Positions 25,064 through 36,297 are shown, counted from the stretch's first letter. The stretch is 64,000 nt of DNA from Takakia lepidozioides (GCA_030704615.1 CM060732.1:54312001-54376000); one strand, 5' to 3'. The notes: generated by a model not told the origin, from the letters alone. Translations and numbers: made by a program.

Positions 25064-26946
25064 CTCGGCTGCACGTCCAGAGCCTTCAGAGCTCCCTGAA
25101 AACCTCCGAATTCGCAGTTCTACATGGAAAAAAACGAAACAAGAATACAGAAACATACACTTCAAGTACCAGAATTGTTTCTTGGAGGTCACACCTGTAC
25201 AACACTCGTTTCATTGCTTGCTCGCTGTTGTACTAGTTTTTGAATTCGTAGGACCTGGAGATTTTTTTCTCTCTCAAACTCCCTGAAAAAACAGTTGTTC
25301 CAGACAGCGAGCTTCCATCTCCTGATATAGGCCTCCAGTGTGATCCGGGGGCAAGACATCTGGATTTTGTAGTCTGCCATTGACTCCCCAAGTGCAGCCA
25401 CCGCTCGTTTTTCCAACTGCAGCAAGAAAGATCATAAGAATTGTGGAGAGAGCACGGAGCAGCACAAGCATTTGAAAATGGTTTTGTGGAAACTTTACCT
25501 GGCTCCAGAAGGTTGCTTTGTGTAGCCACTGGTCGAATGTGTGGTCGCTAACAACTTTATTGCTTGTGTCTTGGAGTCCCTCTCAGGAGATGGGAACATG
25601 TTGGTGTCTCTCACAAGTGGATCGGAATTCCAGATCTCCAACCACCTGATTTTGGTTGCATTGTCCACCATTGAAATGGAAGGCGATGCAGTTTCTCTTG
25701 GGTCATCTCTGGCTTTGAGCCATACTTGTCATAATGTGCTTTCACCTGTTCCAGAAATTCCGTGCCAAGACTTGGATCTGCTATGCGGATTTGTTTGTCG
25801 AACGCACTCATGAGGTTCTTCCTTTGATTGTTCATCTCAAATTTCATTATGTCCTCAAGCCCAGTAGCAGACCTCTGCTCTTCTGTGTGGGAAGCATAGT
25901 ACTCTGCTTTCGCCTTCAAACCAGTTTCTGCTATTTCTTGCTGCATACATTACAGGGAGAAAGAATCAAACTGCCGTTTCTTGATAAAATTTGCAGTAAG
26001 TAACAACAATCAAACAGATATCAAGAAGCTTACCGTGTACATGTAGTCAAGAAAAGCCCCTTGTCAGGCTGTACCATGTGCTTGTCTTCTTTTCAGCACA
26101 CCTCTTCATCTGCTGAGGACTGAGCACGTTCGTGAATGACTCCAGTGGCATCAGCCCTATCTTCTGGATACGGAATAGAGTGTGGCAGAGATTTGTCGTC
26201 ACATGGGAGGTTTCATTGGACCTGGAAAAACCTTCAACTCATAAGATGATTTCTAATTGTGCAAACGCAGATCGGAACGGGAACAATGTTGGTAACTTAC
26301 TTGTTTATGTCGTGCATGGCTGTCAAGAGCTGCGTGACACGTCCTTTGTGGTCGAGTACCATGGAAACCACGCTCCAATGCCATTCGATCTCGTCCGAGT
26401 GCAAGCTTGAAATGTAATCCATCCAGGCAAGCAGTCTATGGTTCCCATCCCAGACAAAAAACATCTTTCCCATAAACGCTTTTGTGGAGGCCTTTTGGAC
26501 AGCTTGAACTCAAACTCCCTGTTTACATCCCGCCAGCATGCATCCCAACTTTGCTCTGTCCCACTGTTACAAGACACTCCTCTCCTTTCGTGTTCACAGT
26601 GGATACATAGAACACAGCAGATCCCTTGACATAGCCGTGAACAAAATCGTTCTTCAACTTCGTGATGTCGTTCCTCAATGCGGGTCGAACCGCGGGCATG
26701 GAGATCATCCTGCATAGTGGGATAACCAGGTTTCCGCCGGGAACCTCCATCGACAGAATCACCTTCGAGGAGTTCACTTTCTGCCCACCCATAACCTCCT
26801 CGGCCTTGTCTTCATAGTGTCCCTCAAATGACTCCTCCTCACCATCACCTTCTGCCACTTCCGCATCTCCCCCCACGGATTTCCTTTTTCTTTTCCTCTG
26901 CACAGAATGAATATCCCTGTGAGTGACAGATTGAGCTCCCATGGAT

Positions 26947-27524
26947 CTACCTTGCGTTGACGCAAGGTTGATTGATGGGGATGTAGCTTAGTCTGAAATG
27001 CATACAGTCCATTGAACCAACTAAATGCTTTGCGTTGACGCAGGGTTCTTTCGGTGGCTTCAGATAATCGACTTTCCCTACTTTGCGTTTCCTGGTGCGA
27101 GACTTCAGATGCAGAGAGTGGCATCAGAATCAGCCTCGCGTCAACGCAAGGTTGATTCGAGTGTTGAATTTGCTTCATGTCACCTTCATAAACAAACGCT
27201 TTGGAGGTCGACATCAACCTTGCGTTGACGCAAGGTTGCTGTGGAGCTCTCAGATTGGTGTTCAACAAACAAAAAAATCACATGGAAAGCACATTGCAAC
27301 TTATGGTTTCTTCTTGGCACTGTATGATGCATCGGGAGCATTCAACAGTTCCATGGCTGCCAGGCATTTAGGGTTTGTGGGATTGAACAGAAAAGGCACA
27401 CGAATCAACCTCGCGTCAACGCAAGGTTGATTCGAGTGCAGCATCTGCACTCGTTTCATGCCCAGAACATACACTGTGGAGGTCGACATCAACCTTGCAT
27501 TGACGCAAGGTTGATGTCGACCTC
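26947..27524. repeat. Cluster 2 of the same 24-bp palindrome (6 copies)
   Basis: Copies start at 26947, 27025, 27131, 27215, 27406, 27490; the last extends to a 46-bp near-perfect hairpin at 27479-27524. Confidence 0.93.
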
Positions 27525-28712
27525 TCTGATGAGCATGGAACAGACAAAAAAAAAGATAAAATTGGTGAATAGTCACCTCCAGTTTCTTCTTTGCACTTGA
27601 TGATGCTCCTGAGGCATTCAACTTTTCCATGGGGTCTGGAGGCAGCATACTTCCAAGGAGGTCCCGGTGGTGCGAAACAATGGCAGACGGTATGGTCTTT
27701 GTGTCCATCTCTCCTCCCTGCTCTCTCAAGACCTGGTTCTCCACTCGCAGTGCTTCCTCCTGAGCCCAGCTGACTTCCTCGTCCTCCCCCCCTTCAATTG
27801 GAGGTTGCTCTTCGGTCGCCTCCGGGATCACTTGAAGACCTTCCTCTCCAAACAGTGGTTGCAGAATCGGGTTTTGGCATTCGTCCTCATCTCCGCCGGA
27901 GGTTTCCTCTCCCATTATAAGTTCCCGTCTCGCCTTCCTCATCCTCTCCTTAGCGCGTACGCTTGTTTGATGTGAAGTAAAGTGTTCTTCGACGTTTTCT
28001 TCTCCCTCGGGATATGGTCACCGTCTCTACAGAATCCAGGGTTGCAAAGACAATATGGAGAAGAAGGAAAAAAAGGGGCTACGGTTGGTTCAGCGCAAGG
28101 CCTTCCACGCCAAGATGATCGCTCGGAACGACCTGTGTGCCACATGCTCATTCCACATGCATGGCGAACACGTGTCCATCTAACCGTTATGTATATCTCC
28201 GGAAATCATTTTTTCTCATCCACCGAAATTGGTTCGGGTCCACCTCTCATCCGAAAAAGTTCATTGATGAGTAATAGCTTTTGGGATGTTTCAGAGGAAT
28301 GTGAAGTATGTACAGTTGTACAGCGGTGCAGGTGCCGTTAAAATTGAATGGAAAGGGGCATCTCATCTGGAATCTCTGACATGACAGGCAAATGGCGGCT
28401 CTGTCAGTGAATCTTGCTGAGTTGGTTGTCCAATGCACTGGTGGGGCACCTCTGAGAAAACAGTTGCATTCTTTGATTAGGGCTGACATTATCCACTCCG
28501 CATTTGGGCACTCTGCGACCGTCCACTTGGTTCGCATGGGGACACATTTCTACGATGTGCCGAACCGCGTTAGGAGACCTGCAAGCGGGTGCGACACCTG
28601 CAACTGTGTGTAAGGACGTCATCTATACAGCCAAAAAACTCCGCTCTAGTACAACCTGCAATCAGAAGCAACGTCGGACTGTGAACTGTTCGTTTTGAAG
28701 CAACATTGACAG

Positions 28713-31700
28713 ATGGCCTCCCAGCCCATGGGCTCCCTTGACGCGGACTTCTTCAGTGAGGACCACCCTGTCCCTTTTTCTTACGAGGTGGAAGATGACG
28801 GTTTTGCGGTGGTGCATGAACACGTGCTCGCAACGCAGTTTCGGTTGGAAAATGGAACTCTATTCCTTGAAAGGGAAGTTTACGATGCCAATGGAAAACT
28901 GCTCAAGTACGCGTTCCAGAAACCTTCGCATACTGCACCAACCACACAATGGAGAGTGACTCCAGGCAGATACAGGGTGCTCAGTGCTCCTCGGAGACAG
29001 TCTGCAGGATCGTTCGTTACTCCTGGCACGGCAGCATCAGTGGCCCAAGAGAAAACACCCGTGGTTGTCAAGAAGGAGTCAAGTACCGTTAACACTGTAG
29101 TTGAGCTTTCGGACTCATCCTCCGATGACGCCTGTGAAATACTGCCCGTGGATCAGCCATGTCCACATCAGGAAGCAGATGTGGAGGAGATCACCAGTGT
29201 CATTCCTAAACTGAAAGCCATGGGTGGGATGGCAGGATTCAAGAGTGAGTTGAGGGGGATTGACTGGAGCACTTTCAATGTTCAGAGGGTGGCATTCTTG
29301 CCGGAATTTTTTGATGGTAATATTGTTTTTGAGCTGCCTCCTCCTGGTCGCGTGGGGGCATTTCCAGTCTCATGGAAGGAATGGACAAAAAGAACGATGG
29401 GCACCCTTGGTGCCGCACAAAAACCTCCAATATTCACAACCACGACAACCTCATATTCAGGCGAACAGTCTGTAATGGGCACCTGAAATGCGAGAACATG
29501 AAATGCAGACACTTCGCATTGTCGGGTGTGCAAAACCAAAGCGAATGGGATGGTGTCAGTGAGAATCCATTCAAGCCTGGTGTGACACCTCCATACAGTA
29601 ACACTTTTGTGTGCAAGTTCTGTAGGGTACCGCCTTGCTGCCTTACAATGTGTGGCGCCAGAATGTACTATGTGGTGCATCGATTCAAAACCCTGACTAG
29701 AGCCTGTGTCCATTTCGGTTTTCACAACCACCCTGTGTCCAAGGGGGATTACAGGGAGAGCGTTGAGACAGTCTCGCGTCTGATAAGGCAAGAGTTGGAT
29801 ACCAATCCAACTGGAACCACATCTGCAATTGCCATGGGGGCGAGCAAGTCCTTTCTGGAAAGCCGTATTCTGTGTGCATCGGATTCGGTTGGAGGAAAAC
29901 TGGAGGGACCAGCTTTGGACATTGTTATGGACCATTTCTCGACTTTGACTTCTCCAAACATTAGGAATCAGGTGAACGCTTTAAGAATGGGCTCTGGGAG
30001 CCGAGGTTATATGGACAATATTATGGATTTGAAGAAAAGGAGCATGTACGACTACATCCAAGACAGCGTTTTCCCGGGGCAAGGAGCCAGGAAAGTGTTC
30101 ATGTTCAAAATGTCCACAAAAGGTGAGGGCAGCGGAGTCAGCCTGGTTAAACGTATGCAGAAAGGTGGCGATCTAGGCAACTGCTTCCTTATGTTCGATC
30201 ACGTCAAGAGGGTTAACGACTGGACCACAATGGCATGTCATGTTTACGACCCTGTGTACCAGCGTGTCATGACAATTGCAGTGTGTGACATGCAGTCAGA
30301 GGACACAGATTCACAGCAGCTCATGTGGGAAGCTCTCATTCGTGTTATGGCCTCCAATGGTCTCCCATCTCCCAATTTTGTTGGTTTCATGGCCGACAGT
30401 GCTCAAGCTAACTTCAACGCTGTCCGCATTGTATTCGGGACGGGAGATCCAAAAGTGCCAATGCCTGGAAGAGAACGTACGTGTATTTTCCATTGGACAC
30501 AATCCCTGGATAAACACACAAAGGCAGACATCAAGCCAGATATGCAGAGTATGCATCGTCAACTGTGCAAACAGTACAAAGACGCCAAAACTATGGGGGA
30601 AGCGAATACATTGTTCCAGACAATTCGTGCTTGGTGGTACTCATCTGGAGCGGCATCGGAGGACAGCATGAGGGCATTGGAAGACTGGTTCGCATTTTGG
30701 CACTTCCGTTACCGACAGTGGGGAGCGGCCATGACAACGGTGAGCGGTTTGCATTCACCTTCATTTGGGTGCTTCGGATATATCTTTCAGGGTCCCATCC
30801 TAATATCGGCTTTGTGTTTTTTTGCTTTGCAGCATATGTCCATTGAGGAGATGGCGGACATGCCGTCTTGCAATCTAGAGGAGACAGTGCACAATGCCTG
30901 GTTGCAGCAATCCAGCAAAAAGGGAAGAGATTTGTATGCGGCTACGGCCGATGACCTTATCCATGCTCTGCAGCAGCAAACCAGATACAGGTCATTCTTA
31001 GGGGTGGCCTTGGAGGCAAAGGCCCGGACAGGAGCGAGTTGATGTTGCGGGCAGCCAGAAGATCAGGGGATCCCAGCAAAATAGCGCGGGCAGTGAGCAT
31101 ATGTGCAGATGGCACCCCTCTCGTGGGAAGAGTTCCCCATCTGGAAGGCAAAGAGAGATTCGGGTCTTGCAAACGGAAATTGGATACCCCTCCCGGATCG
31201 GATGCAAACTCCCATAGGGCGGACAGGGTCTACTTCTCGACGCCACGTGTTCCCTTGGATCAGAGATGGAATTGCGGAACATCCACAGGTGAGGGCCATT
31301 CTGCCCCAGACCGGACCCCTGCATCAAGCACTATCACTGCAATGGTTGAAGACCAAAACGTGGTGCGGCATGTAATAGAGTCCATGTGCTTGGACGAGGT
31401 TTGGCATATAGAACGCACAAGTGCTGGATCGCGTGTGAAATGCGCGGCGATCAGGGCCACCAATCATGAAAAATGTACATCATTAATATCCAGAGGGAAA
31501 GAACGCACTGCAACTCCTACATTCACTGGTTTGTTTCTCCCTTACGGCCAAGGAGAGGCAAAGAACCACAAGTTTTGGTTTTGCGCTGGCGATTGCGAGA
31601 GATGTGTGCGTGGGACAGTGAGGCCCTCCGTGGTGAGGAAGCCTACTCCACCAACCGTGTGGCCTGTGAAGATGGGTACAAGTCTCACTCACCAAGAGAT

Positions 31701-32212
31701 CGCAATACTGGAAGAGGCGAGTTTCTTCCTAGCTAGACATTCCATTACACGTGAAGGTGCTTCAAGTACAAGCGGTTCACGGGTACCTCCGCCTGACGCT
31801 CACTTGTGGCCAACCAGACGGAATGGGTAGCTGGTTCGACGATTCCCTCCAGCCGCAGAACACTATGGCAAAATCGAGTCCGCGAGAATGCTTCACGCTC
31901 GTGTTGCGGGAACAATGGAAGTGCCCGATCCAGGGTATGGTCGGGTCTTCACCATGATCTCATCCGCATCTGCGCTGCAGGACAAGACATACGACATCAT
32001 TGTTTCCAATTTTCCAAATTGTACCTGTCCTGATTTTGTTGGTATGCTTTCAAGTAGTTTGGGAAAGAGAGGTGTTCATACCGTGCAAACACCTTTACTT
32101 CGTCTTCTTGAGAAGGATGGTTTGTGATCCAAAGCGGGACTTCTTCATTCACCAAGCCACTATGAGTTTCAACGAAGTCAACACACTTCTACAGCGGGAT
32201 ACAAGCCCATAG
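28713..32212 (+). pseudogene. MULE transposase: GCM/WRKY-type Zn DNA-binding domain, DDE core, Cys-rich region and SWIM finger; disrupted
   Basis: DGHPW..T...CNGHLKCENMKC...CKFC...CGAR...HFGFHNHP; MFDHVKRV (D1), FMADSAQA (D2), CIFH (CxxH), NLEETVHNAW (E); SWIM CTCPDF...CKH; 93-nt in-frame intron at 30740-30832; frameshifts near 29370, 31005 and 32075, stop at 31828. Confidence 0.88.
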
Positions 32213-32411
32213 CATTCACTTGACACTCCGAAATCTGTGTTATCCTTGACTACAACTTGTAATGGAATGACTGTTCAAGTCCAGTGTCTCTCAATGTATG
32301 TCGTCTAACATCTTTGCTATGCGTGGGTCAATGCATTTGTCACATTGGTCTGTCACTCTATTTTCATTAGCAAGCACAAGAAACTACCTTCAGATAGACA
32401 GATGATCAAAT

Positions 32412-32665
32412 CAACCTCGTGTTAACACGAGGTTTACTTGGAGTTTTCCAAATCCCCCTTGTACCGACACAAGGTTGATTTTAGTTCTAAGAAAAGAACA
32501 TTGTGTCAACACGAGGTTGATTCGGAGAACACGAGGTTGATATGAAGTTCTCCGAATCAACCTCGTGTTGACACGATGTTGATTTTAGTTCCAGGAAAAC
32601 AACCTCGTGTTAACACAACGTTCATTTCAGTTCTAGGAAATGAAGCTCATGTTAACAGAAGGTTG
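32412..32665. repeat. Cluster 3: variant palindrome CAACCTCGTGT-NN-ACACGAGGTTG in 42-bp periodic units, near the right end of the MULE
   Basis: Units at 32412, 32454, 32496 and 32558, 32600, 32642; 34-bp inverted repeat 32497-32530 / 32547-32580. Confidence 0.9.
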
Positions 32666-33054
32666 AACTCCAGGAAAGCCCGAAACCCTTCATCCGTTTC
32701 ACCTTCATGTGGTGATATCAACAATTGGGGGCCCCACGGTTAAAGGCCCACCTTCTTGTGGTGACGTGGCATGACCTGGACCAGGCTCACGCCACGTCAT
32801 CGTTGTGTGAGCATACTCTCACATGCTCACGCGGTAGCGTCGTTGGGACCAGTGGTATGTCATAAACCTGATACCAGACCAACACTGGTATCGACAGTTT
32901 AACAGTTAGGAAGTTTCCACCCACAATCTTTAACACATACAAAATTAACACATATGAAATACCAGGTCATTGAAATTAACACTTATAAAAATAAATCGAT
33001 CGATCAGCGACGTTGCGGTGAGTAATACACTTGACTGAGATGGCTTGACATCAA

Positions 33055-33283
33055 TCTATGCATGCTGGAAGAATGAGTCTATCTTGGTTTGATGAGATTC
33101 TCCTACTCGTCAAATTTCCAGTTCCTTTTCCAATCCCGGGGAAGTCACTTCCAAAAATTTCCAACCGACGTACAAAAAAATATAGGGTGCAATTTATTCA
33201 GAAAAGATAAAACTTTGAAAACATTTAAAAATAATAAAGGGTACATTATATTGTGATCAGGGAATTTAAATTAATATAGGGTG

Positions 33284-33321
<38 letters not shown>

Positions 33322-34410
33322 CTATAGGGTTGAGATAATATCTAATGAAAAATTCTAAAAATATATATATGTTCTTAGGGGAAGGATATAGATATTTGTA
33401 TGTAGCTTACTAATACCTGGCAGCCGCATCATCGTGAGATCAAACCTTTTTTACATTCGTTTCATTTTCTTTTTTCTGCCTTGTGCACTAAGTTCATTCC
33501 CCCGCTGCGCACAATGAGAAGGAAGGCAGGGAGTAGGGGGGGATATCGCGACAGCTTATTGATCTCCTAAATAGACCAACCACACCAGTTATGGTGTTAT
33601 TAAACTACTTCTCAAAATCTAGATGACACTTTAAATTCAAATATGATCATACCGACAACAAGTGGATAGATGTAGACTCAATTATTAGTTCAGTCATTAT
33701 GACTTTCGATAGAGCGTAAACATTTATACTTTGAATGTTGATGATGCGAATGCTTTAAATGAATTTATTTCAACCAAATAATAATTTCTTTGTCTTGTAA
33801 GAAGAAAAATAATATTGTATTATTAATATAGGGTGTCTAATATTTGTTTGAAACAAAAATTATAATTAAAATAGCATGCCAAAATTCACCATATTACAAA
33901 ATTATATAATTATAGGGTACTAAAAAATACCCAAAGTAAAAGTAATACCCCCCTACAAAATACCCATTTATCTCACGTACTCTATACAAGTGATAGGGAG
34001 TGACTTCCCCTGGTTCCAATGCACTGACTCTTTTGATAATGGCATGACTTCATTGGGCCTTTGCTCCAAGAATTGCTTCAAAACCTCAAGTGCACTTAAC
34101 TTAGAGCATCTTTGAAACTCACAGTTTCTACAGTTACATGAACATCAACAGAGGCATCTTCTTCTTCGTTAATGAGTTGAGCCTCAGGTGTAAGCATGTC
34201 CATAATTTCTTCATCAGTGGGTTGATAAGGATTGTTAAGATCAAACTCCAACTCGTAGTTGACGAATTCTTAAGCATCCATGGTGGGTAAAATTCCACTA
34301 TCAAAAGATATTAAACTAAGTTTCTCCAGCAAAACAGTAACTTCATCCAGCTCTGTCTCCCGCCTTGCCATTTCCTCTTCATTTCCAGTAAGAACAGACA
34401 GGAAGTGGTC
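33055..34410 (-). pseudogene. C-terminal relic of a pogo/Tigger-like transposase, split by a MITE
   Basis: ELDEVTVLLEKLSLISF..EFDLNNPYQPTDEEIMDM..; terminal HQTKIDSFFQHA* (PIP-box-like); homologous to 43130-43583. Confidence 0.7.
33135..34013. mobile_element. AT-rich MITE with 15-bp TIR and 7-bp TSD
   Basis: TIRs CCCGGGGAAGTCACT (33135-33149) and AGTGACTTCCCCTGG (33999-34013), 1 mismatch; TTCCAAT at 33128-33134 and 34014-34020; internal (TA)n. Confidence 0.85.
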
Positions 34411-36297
34411 ATTAGGAGCTAATGAAGGTATGGTCAGGATAGGTTGGGGTTTTAGTAAACAAATTGTGACCACATCAAGAGGATTTGTTTTAGATCAGCT
34501 GATATGGATTATTACTGGCTACTTTCATGCAAGCCTTATCATGATCCTTATTCATTATCCTCACCCTTAATACTTACATGGGTCATTTTAAATAAAGAAT
34601 GGAGTAAAAAATTTATAACACTTAAACACTTAACACTTGCTAATGTATTTTCTGCGGGAGTAGAAGTTTCCATAACAGTTATGGGTTCTTAACACTTATA
34701 GAGGAGATGTCATATGGTATATGGACAAGTGGTTGTAAACTCTAGATTTTGACGTCTAAATTTTTTTTTAATTAAAAATTAAAATATCTAGTAAAGATTA
34801 TTTTCAGGACTCTTTACTAAAAATGTTATGTATACTACTATCTATCTTTGAAAAATAAACTGAAAGCAATAGACTTAACAAAAAAAAAATCCATAGAATT
34901 CCAGTGGACTCAACATGTGTCGCTTTTGATCCACCCAATCCTGCAACTGCCCCTTAGGCTAAGATATTTTCATAATCAATTTTTTATTTTTTCCCATATT
35001 GTAATCAGTGCTAAAATGCAGCTACCAACAAGAGGAATTAGGATTCCTCCATAAATTTCATGGTCTATGGTGGCATTTGACCCATGGTGTAGATTGAAAG
35101 TAAATTCAACCACCCTTTTGCACATATAAACCAACCCCTTTGAGATGTTGGAATTTTGATTTGGAAATTGGATACATCATCAAGTAGATGCCTAGGAATG
35201 TGAATATGCAGGACATTCACACATGAAAAATCTAGATAACCACAAAAAACCATGGTCAAACTTGTGTTTGGGGTCTAATATGAGTGGGGCTACAAAAAAC
35301 CACCATAGAATTTTATGACAATCTACCAATTCGAAAGGTGGATTTTTCCTAATTTTTTGGGGATAGATGGATGTGGTAGTCAAGAATCTGTTTGTACGGT
35401 CCACATTTGTGGATGATTTAGAATAGTAAGATAGAGTTTAGGACATGTACAATTTTTGGGGTGGCCAACCAAAATAAGTACTCTTGTCTTTTAAGGGTTA
35501 AGCATGGCTATGACGAGCTGCTAGCATCAATTTTCTTGTTTGTCGGACCTAAAGCGAAGTACCAAATGCAGTCTGATGAACCTAGACTACGAGAATGCAC
35601 GATTTGGTGAAAGTAGAGATGACACTTAAATTGGAACAACTACATTGACATGAGGGACCATCATGTGTTGCTTGCGAACACGCAACTTCAAGGTACTCCA
35701 GCTAAAAACCAGTGTTGGAAGAGTTTGGAAGAGTTTCTCGGTCAGCAATGGGATGCAGTGTTGTAGCAACACCTGCCTAATCTTCTCACCCATTGCGAAG
35801 TCCCAAGTCCCAGTCTCCTATAAACATACACCACCTTAAATTCATCAGTCAAGTCGAAGTTGCGGGGTGGTGTGGACCCCTAACCCCTAAACGCCCACTG
35901 GGGCAAATTTGGGCCTCGACAAATTTTCCAAGTTGAATAACTTTTTTTAATCTTACTAGATCTTTAAACAAGTTGAGTTGTGCATTTGCTAGTCGCATGT
36001 AGAATGCAGATCCGTTTGACGATTGTTCTAATTCTTGATTAGGAGAATTTAGCTACATCGTCTCAAGGGGGGTCTCTGGCGGCGATTGAGGCTCGTGTTC
36101 CCGCGTTTGGTTGTGGAGGTCTCAAGTTTCTGTGCATTTGTAGGTGGTCTAACTTATGATTGTGCACTTTCTCTAGTCATGCTTACGTACTTGTGGCAAC
36201 AAACCGTTGTGTGGTTTTTGCAAGTTGCCATTGAGTTAGGGGCTTCTTCTACAGTTACACATCTTTCATTATAAGCTCTTTCATTATCCTCCTCGTC

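Larger units (their letters stand above)
22448..27942 (-). pseudogene. TE cargo gene: acidic/basic N-terminus, ParB/Srx-like domain, helical region and beta-class N4C/N6A DNA methyltransferase domain; spliced and frameshifted
   Basis: FFVWDGNHRLLAW (DGNHR at 26449-26435, in a frame absent from the ORF track); DLVVLDIPDG (~23400-23371, motif IV-like); REKSPAFMQTLVETCSRHGGRVVDLSMGT/GASFHACKSAGRHFFGMEAD (motif I region, joined by an intron at ~22727-22642); GT-AG introns; several frameshifts. Confidence 0.8.
21627..32845. mobile_element. ~11.2-kb Mutator-like (MULE) DNA transposon without long TIRs, with two divergent genes
   Basis: Direct repeat GGACCAGTGG at 21617-21626 and 32846-32855 (TSD length typical of MULEs); shared subterminal hairpin motif CCTGG..AGGCTCACGCCACGTCA at both ends; internal DDE-SWIM transposase. 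Confidence 0.88.
21242..32936. mobile_element. Small non-autonomous DNA element (MITE-like, rich in ATACCAG/CTGGTAT motifs) split by the MULE insertion
   Basis: ATACCAG/CTGGTAT motifs cluster at 21270-21620 and resume right after 32855; imperfect TIRs GTGTTAGGGGTTGGGAGTAAGAAA (21242-21265) and TTTCCACCCACAATCTTTAACAC (32914-32936). Confidence 0.55.

Noticed and set aside
24312-27524. CRISPR array (palindromic repeats with unique spacers)
   Set aside because: Repeat periods are irregular (about 80-190 bp), repeats occur in both orientations within eukaryotic introns, and there are no cas-like ORFs
21627-32845. Helitron or bacterial/phage contamination
   Set aside because: No Rep/helicase or CTRR end; a 10-bp TSD, DDE-SWIM transposase and GT-AG introns indicate an integrated eukaryotic MULE
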